A DNA stretch of 32,000 nt from Telmatocola sphagniphila (lineage in GTDB: Bacteria > Planctomycetota > Planctomycetia > Gemmatales > Gemmataceae), in NCBI RefSeq assembly GCF_018398935.1, contig NZ_CP074694.1:330001-362000 (forward strand). Direction: 5' to 3'. The notes beneath the pieces were generated by a model that was not told where the DNA came from, did not search any database, and saw only the letters and a list, made by a program, of their open reading frames with translations. The position numbers and the translations under genes are program-made. Within the stretch, counting starts at the first letter, position 1; every line of letters begins with the position of its first letter. Below, in pieces: positions 17,344 to 26,558 of this stretch.

Positions 17344-19881
17344 ATGCAACCGATTTTCCGTCCTACGGACCAAACCATTGATTACCGACCCGAGGGCGGC
17401 GATAAAACCGTCGTCAATCAGGCGGATACCGACACAAATTCCTCACTTGGAAATGTCTCGGTCAGTTCTCCCCCCGGCTACGAAATTCGTAAAGAACTCG
17501 GACGGGGGGGTATGGGAATCGTCTATCTGGCTCGTCAAAAAGCTCTGGCTCGCGATGTAGCTTTGAAAATGATTCTTTCTGGCGATTACTCGTCCGATAC
17601 AGACCGCCAGCGATTTTTATCCGAAGCGGAGGCCGTTGCTTCCGTCTCGCATCCGAATATCGTTCAAATTTACGATTTGGGAACGTACAAAGAATTACCT
17701 TTTTTTGCACTCGAATATTGTCCGGGCGGCTCGTTAGCGCAAAGACTCAACGGCATCCCACTTCCGGCAACCGAGGCGGCCGAACTGATTGAAAAACTGG
17801 CCAGGGCGATGATTTCCGCCCATTCGAAGGGTATCATCCACCGCGATTTAAAACCGGCGAATATTCTTCTTGGAGCGGACCTCTCTCCGAAGATTACCGA
17901 TTTTGGACTGGCTCGCCGCACCGAATCAGCCGCGGGTCTGACACAGTCAGGAGCAATTCTGGGGACACCCAGTTACATGGCGCCGGAGCAGGCAGGATCC
18001 GATCTCAATGCCATTGGCCCCGTCACCGACGTTTATTCGCTGGGTTCGATTCTGTATGAATGTCTGACAGGTCGTCCGCCTTTTCGAGCGGCCACTACCC
18101 TCGAAACCGTCCGTCAGGTTTTGCAGAACGAACCGGTGCCGCCAAGCCGACTGGTGCCAGGCCTACCTCGCGATCTGGAAACCATTTGCCTGAAAGCTCT
18201 GCAGAAACTTCCTGGAAACAGATACCCCGACTGCACGCAACTGGCCGAGGATCTGAGAAGATTTCGCAACGGGGAAAGCATTCTCGCTCGACCCGCTTCC
18301 TCCCGGGAAAAAACCATCAAATTTGCCCGCCGGCATCCCACCTTTACGGCGCTGATGTTCGCCTCGCTGTTCGGCCTTGGAATCATCATTGGCATTGTCA
18401 GCAACGCTAATTTGCGACTACAGAAGGAAAGAGATGCCGTCAATCAACAGAAAGAAGTTGCGCAGAAAGAGCGGGACAAGGCGGAGCGCAGGCTGCAACT
18501 GGCAATCGATGCCGTCGAACGCATGATGACCCGGATGGCGAATGAAAAATGGGCCCGAAATCCCGAATTGAAGGAGGAACGCAAGCAAGTCCTTCAGGAA
18601 GCCATCGATGTCTACAAGCAATTTTTAAACGAAGATTCACTCGATCTGCGGCTGCGTCGGACTAGTGCCAATGCAAATTTCAAAATCGGATCGACTTATT
18701 TGTCGATGGGTGAGGTCGACAAAGCCAAGGAGTACCTGGAAGAAGCTCGAAAGATGACTTCCAAACTAGTGGACGAATTTCCACAGTCGGCCGAAAATCG
18801 TCGCGACCTGGCGATGGAAACCGGCTTTCTGGGGCATTGTTTGATGCTCGATGCCCAGTTCGAAGAAGGCATGAAAAATTATCAAAAGATGGTCGAAATC
18901 AGTGAAAAAATCTTGGCCGACTATCCCGACGATGAGCCTTCGCGGGAAGTGTTGATCGAAGCATTGAACTATCTGGCGATAAGTCGATCGGGAAATCAGA
19001 ATGAGTCGCTTAGAGCCTTCGGACGAGTACTGACGGAAGTTCAGAAATTGATGGAACGACCGTCGCCTAGCTACAACGCACGCCTCAATTACATTCTGGC
19101 TCGGATGAATATCGCGATGGTTCAACTGCGAGCGAAACTACCCGGGCAGGCGAATACCATTCGCAAACTCATTGAACAGATCGACGAATTGGCAAAAGAA
19201 CCCGCTCCCTCCGCATATGTAGCACAGATCTTTGAGACGCTACAGGTTCAAAGATATTCCGTGGAAGCCATATTGGATGAGAAGGAAGGAAAAGTCAGCG
19301 ACGCATTGCAAAAGCTCGACAAAGTGCAGGATTTGATGAAGGGAATGCTGCGAAGGGAACCGCGAAATTTTCCAATTCGAACGCAATACCTGACTCTGTT
19401 GCAGCTGCGATTAGGAATTATCAGTCGTGCGAATATGTTCGATCGTGAGAAGTCGACGCTCGCAGAACTGAACAGGGAAGCGGATGCCATGTTGCAGATT
19501 TATCCGCGAATGTACTGGATCCCGCAGCAGATTTTAAACTTCCGTTCCACACTCTTGATCGAAAAAGTAAAGTCGGGGCATTTCGAAAATTTCGAATCGG
19601 ATTTAACGTCGCTCGAACAAGACATCAGCGATGGGCAACCTGCCGAACTGCAGGATGCCCTTCGCTATAATCTGGCCTGCATTTTTTCACAGCATTACGG
19701 AGCGATTACAACCGAAAATCGTGCCCTTAGTCTGGATCGTGCAATGGACTATTTGAAGTCTTGTCGGGCGAGGGGTTACTTTAAATCCGAGCAGAACTTG
19801 AAACTTCTTGATGAAGACTCGGACATCGATCCCATCCGTAAGGAGAAGAAGTACCTCGAGTTTCGAGACAGCTTGAGATAA
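17344..19881 (+). CDS. Ser/Thr protein kinase, single-pass membrane, with a long coiled-coil/TPR-like C-terminal region
   Basis: GRGGMGIVYLA, VALKMI, HRDLKPANILL, DFGLA and APE are present. The TM segment is FTALMFASLFGLGIIIGIV. About 480 aa of helical repeats follow. I prefer ATG 17344 over TTG 17308. Confidence 0.9.
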   Translation: MQPIFRPTDQTIDYRPEGGDKTVVNQADTDTNSSLGNVSVSSPPGYEIRKELGRGGMGIVYLARQKALARDVALKMILSGDYSSDTDRQRFLSEAEAVASVSHPNIVQIYDLGTYKELPFFALEYCPGGSLAQRLNGIPLPATEAAELIEKLARAMISAHSKGIIHRDLKPANILLGADLSPKITDFGLARRTESAAGLTQSGAILGTPSYMAPEQAGSDLNAIGPVTDVYSLGSILYECLTGRPPFRAATTLETVRQVLQNEPVPPSRLVPGLPRDLETICLKALQKLPGNRYPDCTQLAEDLRRFRNGESILARPASSREKTIKFARRHPTFTALMFASLFGLGIIIGIVSNANLRLQKERDAVNQQKEVAQKERDKAERRLQLAIDAVERMMTRMANEKWARNPELKEERKQVLQEAIDVYKQFLNEDSLDLRLRRTSANANFKIGSTYLSMGEVDKAKEYLEEARKMTSKLVDEFPQSAENRRDLAMETGFLGHCLMLDAQFEEGMKNYQKMVEISEKILADYPDDEPSREVLIEALNYLAISRSGNQNESLRAFGRVLTEVQKLMERPSPSYNARLNYILARMNIAMVQLRAKLPGQANTIRKLIEQIDELAKEPAPSAYVAQIFETLQVQRYSVEAILDEKEGKVSDALQKLDKVQDLMKGMLRREPRNFPIRTQYLTLLQLRLGIISRANMFDREKSTLAELNREADAMLQIYPRMYWIPQQILNFRSTLLIEKVKSGHFENFESDLTSLEQDISDGQPAELQDALRYNLACIFSQHYGAITTENRALSLDRAMDYLKSCRARGYFKSEQNLKLLDEDSDIDPIRKEKKYLEFRDSLR

Positions 19882-19915
19882 ATGTCCTGGACTTCTGTTC
19901 CTCTCCTCTAAACCA

Positions 19916-20119
19916 TTACTTCTGCTGTTTGCTCTTATCGATTTTGGTATTTTTCAATTCCGTGGGACCCTGGCGACCATTACTGAGTTTGGGAACCACG
20001 AATTCCGAATTAGGAGTTCCGCTCGAATCGCCGCAGCCCGAGCCGGCTAGAAGAATAATCCCGCACATGCAAGCCGAGCCAATCTGCACCAAACGGCGTT
20101 TCATTTTGTATTTTCCCAT
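19916..20119 (-). CDS. Mini-lipoprotein L1 (cassette 1 partner)
   Basis: MGKYKMKRRLVQIGSACMCGIILLAGSGC has a lipobox (LAGSGC) followed by a 39-residue Pro/Lys/Ser-rich tail. It is homologous to L2, sharing PN.EF..PKL..G...GPT..K.T. An alternative start is ATG 20104. The longer track ORF extension runs into the upstream gene. Confidence 0.6.
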   Translation of the reverse strand: MGKYKMKRRLVQIGSACMCGIILLAGSGCGDSSGTPNSEFVVPKLSNGRQGPTELKNTKIDKSKQQK

Positions 20120-20162
20120 TTCGAAAACTGTTGAGTAAGAGGGCGGAGCCGCCGAAGGAGGA

Positions 20163-21236
20163 TCAGGGGGCGGAAGCCACCTCGCCTCCGTTACGAGAAG
20201 CGAGCGCTTCCAGCAGACTGACGTTGATATTACTGACGACCGCGACGTTCGCCGTTCCCGCCGCGTAAGTGATGAAGTGGACCGAGCCATCGGCATAGAG
20301 GAAATTACCTCCCGCGGGATGCAGACTCCAGAAGTGCTGGCGATGCTGATCGGTAGGATCGTTCAGATCGCCGGGTCGGAAGAAATCGGGTTGGGCCGTG
20401 GGATCCATGGATCGTTCGCGAACCCCTAAAATCGTATCGGTGGAACCGAAGTAAGGAAAGTCGCCGGAACCCGCCCACATCCAGCCATAGGCCAGGGTGT
20501 TGGAAGTGGGTCTTTCGCCCACCAAGAGTGTATTGCTCGTTCCGTCCGTGATCGAAGAAATCTCAACCGAGGAATTCACATATAAAATTCCATCCTGCCC
20601 CGATAGTTTGGCGGTTGGACCGGGATTTCCCGAACCGGGAATTGATTCTCGAAATTGATCTCGTCCGGTAATGCCGAAGTACGAGGTGAGGGCGGCGCCG
20701 CTATTCGGGGCCACCGAATCGAGATTGGTATCGATCTGACCGGAATTCGGGTCGGAAGGGCACTGCATGATCTTCGCTATTTGCGCGTTCACGCAAGTGG
20801 CCACCGAAGGAGTGGAGCCGGGGAACCACTGAAACCAGGGCCAGTCGGCCGGGTTGGAAGTGGCGCGGGCCATGGCAGTGATGTTTCCCAATTCCATGAA
20901 AGGGGCTATACGAAAAGTCCAACTCCAGAACGGCCCATCGTTCGGGTAACCATTGCTGGCGTATCCTGCGGGAGGAGTTTCTCGTTGGAACGATGAATAC
21001 CAGTTCGCACCGATTTCGAGTCCCGAAGGAAAACGCCCATAGGCACTCAGATAATTGTGCAACGCCAACCCTTGTTGCTTGAGACTGTTCTGGCATTTCA
21101 AGCGGGCGGCCGCCTCCCGGACTTTCTGAACGGCCGGTAGTAGTAATCCGATGAGTATCGCAATTATTGCGATTACGACCAGGAGTTCGATCAGGGTGAA
21201 AGCCTGTTTACGGGACTTAAGAGTGACTGCAAGCAT
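20163..21236 (-). CDS. DUF1559 / H-X9-DG prepilin-type N-terminal domain protein (cassette 1)
   Basis: The N-terminus is [36 protein letters not shown], a type IV pilin-like cleavage/methylation segment. The C-terminus is [16 protein letters not shown], an H-X9-DG motif. Confidence 0.92.
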   Translation of the reverse strand: MLAVTLKSRKQAFTLIELLVVIAIIAILIGLLLPAVQKVREAAARLKCQNSLKQQGLALHNYLSAYGRFPSGLEIGANWYSSFQRETPPAGYASNGYPNDGPFWSWTFRIAPFMELGNITAMARATSNPADWPWFQWFPGSTPSVATCVNAQIAKIMQCPSDPNSGQIDTNLDSVAPNSGAALTSYFGITGRDQFRESIPGSGNPGPTAKLSGQDGILYVNSSVEISSITDGTSNTLLVGERPTSNTLAYGWMWAGSGDFPYFGSTDTILGVRERSMDPTAQPDFFRPGDLNDPTDQHRQHFWSLHPAGGNFLYADGSVHFITYAAGTANVAVVSNINVSLLEALASRNGGEVASAP

Positions 21237-21608
21237 CCCAAAACTCCTCCGAAAGCAAGCGACCTCGGGGATACTTTCGAATTCAAAGTCCCATGGTCAG
21301 ACAGGTTAACAGTCGAGCGTAGCGAGAAGGGTGAAGGAGAAGCGGATTTCGAGCCTTCACACAGTCAGGACATCACTCTTCTAATATTTGCCTGGAGTGG
21401 ATGCAACGAAAAATTTAATTATTTTCTAGGACAAACCTGGAAGGTCATCGGGACTGGAGGGCATGAAAAACATTGAGATTCTGAAGGAACTCTGCATAAG
21501 ATGCACGTCTGATTTGTGAGAATTTTGATGTTCTCATAGGACGCCGATCAATGCGATCGGCATCGAAAATTGACGTTTTTCTCAGCTCTCAACTGTGAAC
21601 TCGGCCGT

Positions 21609-21791
21609 TCATTTTTTCGGCGCGCCGCTCGTTTTCTTCATATCCGTCGGCCCAGTTCGGCCGCCCGCGTCCAGCTTGGGGGGCGTAAATTCGGGATTGG
21701 GGATATGAGAAGAGTTGTCGCAACCCACGCAGTTGAGTACCAAAAAACCGAACAGGATATGCAAAAAGGTGCAGGAGCGAATCGTCTTCAT
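21609..21791 (-). CDS. Mini-lipoprotein L2 (cassette 2 partner)
   Basis: MKTIRSCTFLHILFGFLVLNCVGC has a lipobox and is followed by the 37-residue tail DNSSHIPNPEFTPPKLDAGGRTGPTDMKKTSGAPKK. GGAAAGG lies upstream of the ATG. Confidence 0.6.
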   Translation of the reverse strand: MKTIRSCTFLHILFGFLVLNCVGCDNSSHIPNPEFTPPKLDAGGRTGPTDMKKTSGAPKK

Positions 21792-21810
21792 ATTCTGGCC
21801 TTTCCAAAAT

Positions 21811-21837
21811 CCCGCGCATAACTTCGGGATGCGCGGG
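21811..21837 (-). terminator. Intercistronic terminator-like hairpin between DUF1559 #2 and L2
   Basis: Perfect 9-bp GC-rich stem CCCGCGCAT/ATGCGCGGG with a 9-nt loop. On the minus strand it is followed by ATTTTGG, and on the plus strand by CATTTTTTCC, so it has a bidirectional look. Confidence 0.5.
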
Positions 21838-21857
21838 CATTTTTTCCAAAAAGAGGA

Positions 21858-22931
21858 TCAAGGGGAGGAGGCAACTTCTCCGCCGCTGCGCGAGGCAAGT
21901 GCTTCGAGCAGACTGACGTTGATGTTGTTCACCACGGCTACATTAGCGGTGCCCGCGGCGTAGGTGATGAAGCGAACGCCCCCATCGCAGAAGAGAAAGT
22001 TTGAGCCGCCGGTGTGCAGACTCCAGAAGTGCTGACGATGCTGATCGCTTGGATCGTTCAAATCCCCGGGACGGAAGTAATCGGGCTGGCCGCTCGGAGT
22101 TTGAGAGCGCTCCCGGACGCCAATGACCACATCGCAAGCCCCGAAATAGGGCGGATCGCCCGAGCCCGCCCACATCCAACCATATGTGAGATTGTTCGAT
22201 GGCGGCCGTTCCCCCACGAGTAGTGTGTTACTGGTTCCGTCGGTGATGGAGGTGATTTTGACCTGAGAATTAACGTATAGGATGCCATCCTGACCCGGCA
22301 GTTTGGCGGTCGGGCTCGGATTTCCCGAACCGGCGATGGATTCTTTAAACTGATCCCGGCCATCCACACCCAGGTAAGAGGTCAGGGCCGCTCCACTATT
22401 CGGATCCACATCGCTCGCTGCGGTATCGATTAGGCCCGACCGTGAATCCGACGGGCAACTCATGATTTTGGCCGTCTGGGCATTAACGCAGTTGTTCACA
22501 GTTTGCGCGGCACCCGGGAACCATTGGAACCAGGGCCAATCGGCCGGGTTTGACGTAACGCGAGCCTTGGAGGCTACGTTGCCTAATTCCATGTAGGGGG
22601 CGATGCGGAAGGTCCAACTCCAGAAGGGACCTTCATTCGGGTAACCGTTGCTCGCGTAGCCGCCCGGGGCCGCCTCGCGTTGGTAGGAAGTGTACCAGGT
22701 GGTTCCCATTTGCAACGCCGAAGGGAATCGGCCGATCGCATCGTGGTAACTGTGGAGCGCTAAACCCTGCTGTTTCAGGTTGTTCTGGCATTTCATCCGC
22801 GCAGCCGCTTCACGGACTTTCTGCACGGCGGGCAGAAGTAGGCCGATCAGGATCGCAATGATGGCGATGACGACCAGCAATTCGATGAGCGTGAAGGCAC
22901 GTTTTTGCGGCCTCCGCAACAAGTGGAACAT
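21858..22931 (-). CDS. DUF1559 / H-X9-DG prepilin-type N-terminal domain protein (cassette 2)
   Basis: [37 protein letters not shown] at the N-terminus and [16 protein letters not shown] at the C-terminus. It has the same length (357 aa) as #1 and aligns to it without gaps. Confidence 0.92.
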   Translation of the reverse strand: MFHLLRRPQKRAFTLIELLVVIAIIAILIGLLLPAVQKVREAAARMKCQNNLKQQGLALHSYHDAIGRFPSALQMGTTWYTSYQREAAPGGYASNGYPNEGPFWSWTFRIAPYMELGNVASKARVTSNPADWPWFQWFPGAAQTVNNCVNAQTAKIMSCPSDSRSGLIDTAASDVDPNSGAALTSYLGVDGRDQFKESIAGSGNPSPTAKLPGQDGILYVNSQVKITSITDGTSNTLLVGERPPSNNLTYGWMWAGSGDPPYFGACDVVIGVRERSQTPSGQPDYFRPGDLNDPSDQHRQHFWSLHTGGSNFLFCDGGVRFITYAAGTANVAVVNNINVSLLEALASRSGGEVASSP

Positions 22932-22964
22932 GGAAACCTCCCAAAGAAAAAAGAATAAATCAAA

Positions 22965-22990
22965 GGGGATTTTGCGAACGCAAAAACCCT
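22965..22990 (-). promoter_or_regulatory. 5' leader hairpin upstream of DUF1559 #2
   Basis: In mRNA sense: AGGGTTTTTGCGTTCGCAAAATCCCC, then TTTGATTTATTCTTTTTTCTTTGGGAGGTTTCC, then ATG. The stem is 6 bp plus 3-4 bp around a 4-nt loop. Confidence 0.45.
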
Positions 22991-23300
22991 GTTAAGGCCG
23001 GGAGAGTAGTTCAGACAAAGACGAAGCCGGGCGGGGTTAAAGGAACAAAGCTTCATCAAAATTAAACATTACCAATTTTTAATTTTCATAAGACGAAAAT
23101 GCAACAGAAAATTAACTAAAAATAATATAAATTCCAAAAAAATTCTTAACTAGAAAAAATTGCGGGCTTATTTGTAGGTAATATTTCTTTCAAAATTAAG
23201 TGCAGCGGAAGTGGCGAATAGGTCGCCATTTCGCTTTCGACTTGTCACAAATTTCAACTAATCGAGGTTCTGAGGCGGCGATGAAGAGATTGCATTTGAT

Positions 23301-23337
23301 CGAACGAAAACCGCGGCAGAAGACGTTCTGACAGCGG
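23301..23337 (-). terminator. Rho-independent terminator after L3
   Basis: In mRNA sense: CCGC-tgt-CAGAA-cgtc-TTCTG-cc-GCGG, followed by TTTTCGTTCG, about 25 nt after the L3 stop codon. Confidence 0.5.
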
Positions 23338-23360
23338 TATCGCCGATTGGTTAGATGTAA

Positions 23361-23552
23361 TTACTGAGGCGTGGTCGGGGCGACGCTATTGGACTGCTTG
23401 CCATCGCTCTTTCCCGGAGCGGCAGGAGCCCCAGCGGCAGACGGTTTTGGGGCGTCCTTCCCAACCGGCTTGAGATCCTTATTAAGATCCTTCTCCCCGC
23501 AACCCAGCAGGAATAACGAAGCCGTTAAAGTGAGAAATTTGATTTTTCGCAT
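23361..23552 (-). CDS. Mini-lipoprotein L3 (cassette 3 partner)
   Basis: MRKIKFLTLTASLFLLGC has a lipobox and is followed by a 46-residue K/P/A/G-rich tail. AGAGAGG lies 8-13 nt upstream of ATG 23552. The track start at 23603 lies inside the upstream hairpin. Confidence 0.6.
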   Translation of the reverse strand: MRKIKFLTLTASLFLLGCGEKDLNKDLKPVGKDAPKPSAAGAPAAPGKSDGKQSNSVAPTTPQ

Positions 23553-23570
23553 ATCGTTTACCTCTCTGGT

Positions 23571-23608
23571 AGAAAAGAAAAGAGCATTGGAAAATCCCTC
23601 CAATGCTC
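23571..23608 (-). terminator. Intercistronic intrinsic-terminator-like element between DUF1559 #3 and L3
   Basis: In mRNA sense: a perfect 10-bp stem GAGCATTGGA-gggattt-TCCAATGCTC, immediately followed by TTTTCTTTTCT. It lies between the stop at 23624 and the L3 ATG at 23552. Confidence 0.55.
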
Positions 23609-23623
23609 CATCAATAACTTCGA

Positions 23624-24679
23624 TCAGTTGGAAATTACGTCCGTCAAGTTCACATCCCCATCCGATTTGCCGGCCAGCCGCTGTAGAGCATCCCAGGCAG
23701 TGTTGGTTCGGTCGTGGATTTCCTGAGCCGAAGCCGGGGTGTTATTTCCCGAGCGCAGTCCACGCACGGAGCCATCTCCGAAGGCCACGTTGAAAATTCC
23801 GGTGTGAAAACTGGAATAAGTAAATAATCCTTTGTCTTTTGTAGCGGACCAATAAGCGGGCATTCCCGTCGAATTAAACCAGGAGAAAGACCACGTGCGG
23901 GAATTGCTGGCATCGAATCCACCCGTGACTTCTGCAAACAAAATCGTATTCGAGGTTCCATCAGTTATGCTGATTAAAGCAGTCCCTTTTTCCCCGGTGA
24001 AAACCCCTTCGTGAGCGGCATAAAAGGGTTGGGAGAGGCTCGAAGTGTTTGAAACAACATAATGGCCTAAGGTTCCGCATACGGGTGCATAGTTCGTCAA
24101 TCCGGGAAGACCTCCCGAAGCCTGAAGACTGGAGGAGGTATACCCATTTACGCTTCCGGCGTTTCGAATACTCGCTCCACCGATCGTTGATACGTTGCCT
24201 TGCCCGATGTCAAAAGCGATGGCTGCGCTAGCCTGATAAAGAGAAGGGTCTGAAGGGCACTCGTAAGTTTTGACGCGATTTCGGGCGGCATTAAAGACTG
24301 TCGGCCAGAACGAAACCAGACCCGTTCCGCCATCTATTGGAGAAGTGGTGTTCGATTCGGGTGTCACGGTGGTGATTCGTGAGTCGATCTGTTTGTAAAT
24401 ATTGTCCTGCTCGATATACGGCAGAATGAGTGTGAGTGGTCCGGTGTGGCTCCAGCGGTGTTTGCCGTAAGGCAGTACACCATTCGCCGATTCGTAGTTG
24501 TGTGCGCCAAGAGCTATTTGTTTCATGTTGTTCTGACACGACATTCTGGCCGCAGCTTCGCGGACTTTCTGCACGGCCGGTAGAAGCAGGCCAATGAGGA
24601 TGGCGATGATGGCGATAACCACCAATAACTCGATGAGGGTGAAGGCGTTTTTTTTGGGCCTTCGCAACGGATTGAACAT
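23624..24679 (-). CDS. DUF1559 / H-X9-DG prepilin-type N-terminal domain protein (cassette 3)
   Basis: [45 protein letters not shown] at the N-terminus and [16 protein letters not shown] at the C-terminus. I chose ATG 24679 by analogy with #2 and #4 (MF..LRRP) and because of the conserved CTTTGGGAG RBS context. The track ORF starts at 24715. Confidence 0.9.
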   Translation of the reverse strand: MFNPLRRPKKNAFTLIELLVVIAIIAILIGLLLPAVQKVREAAARMSCQNNMKQIALGAHNYESANGVLPYGKHRWSHTGPLTLILPYIEQDNIYKQIDSRITTVTPESNTTSPIDGGTGLVSFWPTVFNAARNRVKTYECPSDPSLYQASAAIAFDIGQGNVSTIGGASIRNAGSVNGYTSSSLQASGGLPGLTNYAPVCGTLGHYVVSNTSSLSQPFYAAHEGVFTGEKGTALISITDGTSNTILFAEVTGGFDASNSRTWSFSWFNSTGMPAYWSATKDKGLFTYSSFHTGIFNVAFGDGSVRGLRSGNNTPASAQEIHDRTNTAWDALQRLAGKSDGDVNLTDVISN

Positions 24680-24718
24680 TAAAACTCCCAAAGAAAGAAG
24701 TAAATAAAAAACCAAAAG

Positions 24719-24738
24719 GAAACGGCGATTCCCGTTTC
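24719..24738 (-). promoter_or_regulatory. 5' leader hairpin upstream of DUF1559 #3
   Basis: In mRNA sense: GAAACGG-gaatcg-CCGTTTC, then CTTTTGGTTTTTTATTTACTTCTTTCTTTGGGAGTTTTA, then ATG. Confidence 0.45.
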
Positions 24739-24835
24739 GCTGTTAGGGCCAGGCGGCCGGGCGGGAGAGAGTTCGAACCCAGGAAAGGGGAGCTCAAAAC
24801 TCCCTGGATATTCCTGAATATTAAATTATGTATAA

Positions 24836-24864
24836 TTTATAATTGATATCGGGAGAATATTCAA
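24836..24864 (-). promoter_or_regulatory. Putative sigma70-type promoter of cassette 3
   Basis: On the minus strand: TTGAAT (24864-24859), a 17-nt spacer, then TATAAA (24841-24836). It sits inside an AT-rich island and implies a leader of roughly 150 nt. Confidence 0.35.
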
Positions 24865-25036
24865 TTAAAAATGAGTGATAAATAATAAAAATGAGAGGAA
24901 AATTTCAGACATTTCTAATATTGTAGGTAAAATTGCTTATATTTCTTCTTGATGGGTTTCGGATAGCTTTCCGAATGCTGGGCGAATTGAATCGGAACGA
25001 GGTCACAGATTTAAAGAGGAACGGCCATTTTTGTAA

Positions 25037-25064
25037 ACCCCGCGATTGTGGGCGATGGCGGGGT
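25037..25064 (-). terminator. Possible terminator hairpin after L4
   Basis: 7-bp stem ACCCCGC/GCGGGGT with a 14-nt loop, followed on the minus strand by TTTACAAAAA. The U-tract is weak. Confidence 0.3.
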
Positions 25065-25097
25065 AAATTCTGTCAAAGCCAAAAAGCTCGCTTGGAT

Positions 25098-25289
25098 TTA
25101 GTCAGCAACCGGTTTCATAGCGCCTTTGGGGGCCGCGCCGCTCTTTGGAAGACTGCCATTCTCGTCCGGTTTAGGCCGGCTGGCTCCGTCCGGGTTTGCG
25201 CCGCTCGCCTGCGGGCGTGTAGTGTCATTGCAACCCGCACTGAGAATGAAGCCGGCAGAGCAAATCATCAATATCAAAAAATTGCGCAT
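25098..25289 (-). CDS. Mini-lipoprotein L4 (cassette 4 partner)
   Basis: MRNFLILMICSAGFILSAGC has a lipobox and is followed by a 44-residue P/G/A/K-rich tail. AGGAG lies 6-10 nt upstream of the ATG. Confidence 0.6.
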   Translation of the reverse strand: MRNFLILMICSAGFILSAGCNDTTRPQASGANPDGASRPKPDENGSLPKSGAAPKGAMKPVAD

Positions 25290-25313
25290 TCAACGCTCCT
25301 GAAGGGACTGATC

Positions 25314-25352
25314 TGAGAAAAATCGAGTGCCGACGTGAGCTCGGAACTCGAT
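25314..25352 (-). terminator. Intercistronic intrinsic-terminator-like element between DUF1559 #4 and L4
   Basis: In mRNA sense: ATCGAGT-t-CCGA-gctcacg-TCGG-c-ACTCGAT (11 bp with one internal mismatch), followed by TTTTTCTCAG. It lies between the stop at 25363 and the L4 ATG at 25289. Confidence 0.55.
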
Positions 25353-25362
25353 TAGAAAGGGG

Positions 25363-26526
25363 TTAGTTGCTGATGGAACTAAAATCGGTTATCACGCCAT
25401 CGCTTTTGCCGGCGAGGGCTTGAAACACCCACCAATCGGTGCCTCCGCCGGTAGTCGCCCCGGCGGCGGGGATGTTATTGGAGGAGCCCGCTCTTAGGCC
25501 GCGAACGGAACCGTCTCCCATAACAAACTGGACGATTCCTGTATGGAAGCTGCTGAACTGTCGAAATTCCGCGTCCATCCCCTGACCCAACCCCCGACGA
25601 GTGTACAAGCCGCCGGCGCCGATCCAGCTCCAGTCATAAGCATTGGGAGTAGAGTCTGTTCCAGCGACCCCGTTGGTGAGGGTTTTTGCACTGGTTTGTT
25701 TTTGTCCGCAGACTTCGCCAATCATCAGGGTGTTGCTGGAGCCATCCTGAATGCCGACCAGAGTAACTTTGCTGCGATCGCTGAAAATGCCCTGATACTT
25801 GCCAAAAGCGGCAGAGCCACCCGTGGCCGAGGGGCCCGCCAATCCGGCGACACCCAGATAGTTCGTAGTGCCAAACATTCCATAAGTGTTTCCGCCTCCC
25901 GTATAATCCTCATACCATCCACCGGAGAAGTAGACCGAATTTGTAGTGTCGTTCCACTGGATCGGTCCCCCAATGAACACATAGGCCGCGTTCGGTAACG
26001 GATAGGAGGGGCAGATAAAGCTGGGGACTTTCTTGGCCGCGATCTGGTAGACCAGTGGGGGGTAAGGATTTCCCGAAGGTGTGCCGTAGAACCAGGGGGC
26101 AGGTGGTTGCTGGCCTGCGGGGCTCGTATCTGACTGGTTGATGTTCATGTTCCAGCAGACTGGAGAAACGGCCAGCGCGGCTTTATTGAGATTATCTTGC
26201 TCCAGATAGGCCAGTATCTGGGGGAGCAGCCCAATAAACTGATTGTTATTCTGTGCCCCACCCGAGTTAGGGCCGTTAAAGAATCGGTCCGCCGTGGTGG
26301 GGCCGAGAAGTCCTGCCGGTAAGAAACCGTAGGCACTTTCGTAGTTGTGGACCGCCAGTCCGATTTGCTTCAGGTTATTCTGGCATTTCATCCGCGCGGC
26401 GGCTTCGCGGACTTTTTGCACAGCCGGCAGGAGCAGGCCGATGAGAATCGCGATAATCGCGATTACCACCAGCAATTCGATGAGGGTGAAGGCGCGTAGG
26501 TTGGGCCTTCGCAATCGCAAGAACAT
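25363..26526 (-). CDS. DUF1559 / H-X9-DG prepilin-type N-terminal domain protein (cassette 4)
   Basis: [45 protein letters not shown] at the N-terminus and [16 protein letters not shown] at the C-terminus. Confidence 0.92.
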   Translation of the reverse strand: MFLRLRRPNLRAFTLIELLVVIAIIAILIGLLLPAVQKVREAAARMKCQNNLKQIGLAVHNYESAYGFLPAGLLGPTTADRFFNGPNSGGAQNNNQFIGLLPQILAYLEQDNLNKAALAVSPVCWNMNINQSDTSPAGQQPPAPWFYGTPSGNPYPPLVYQIAAKKVPSFICPSYPLPNAAYVFIGGPIQWNDTTNSVYFSGGWYEDYTGGGNTYGMFGTTNYLGVAGLAGPSATGGSAAFGKYQGIFSDRSKVTLVGIQDGSSNTLMIGEVCGQKQTSAKTLTNGVAGTDSTPNAYDWSWIGAGGLYTRRGLGQGMDAEFRQFSSFHTGIVQFVMGDGSVRGLRAGSSNNIPAAGATTGGGTDWWVFQALAGKSDGVITDFSSISN

Positions 26527-26558
26527 TAAAATCTCCCAAAAAAAGAAATAAAAGACAA

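Noticed and set aside
20120-20296. Upstream extension of the L1 ORF (126-aa version), and similar extensions at 23553-23603, 24680-24715, 3089-3187, 4028-4111 and 15292-15447
   Set aside because: These extensions overlap the preceding gene or a regulatory hairpin and lack an RBS. Internal ATGs give N-termini that match paralogues or family consensus.
21543-21561. 7-bp hairpin GCCGATC-aatgc-GATCGGC downstream of L2, considered as a terminator
   Set aside because: No U-tract follows on the minus strand, so I left it uncalled.
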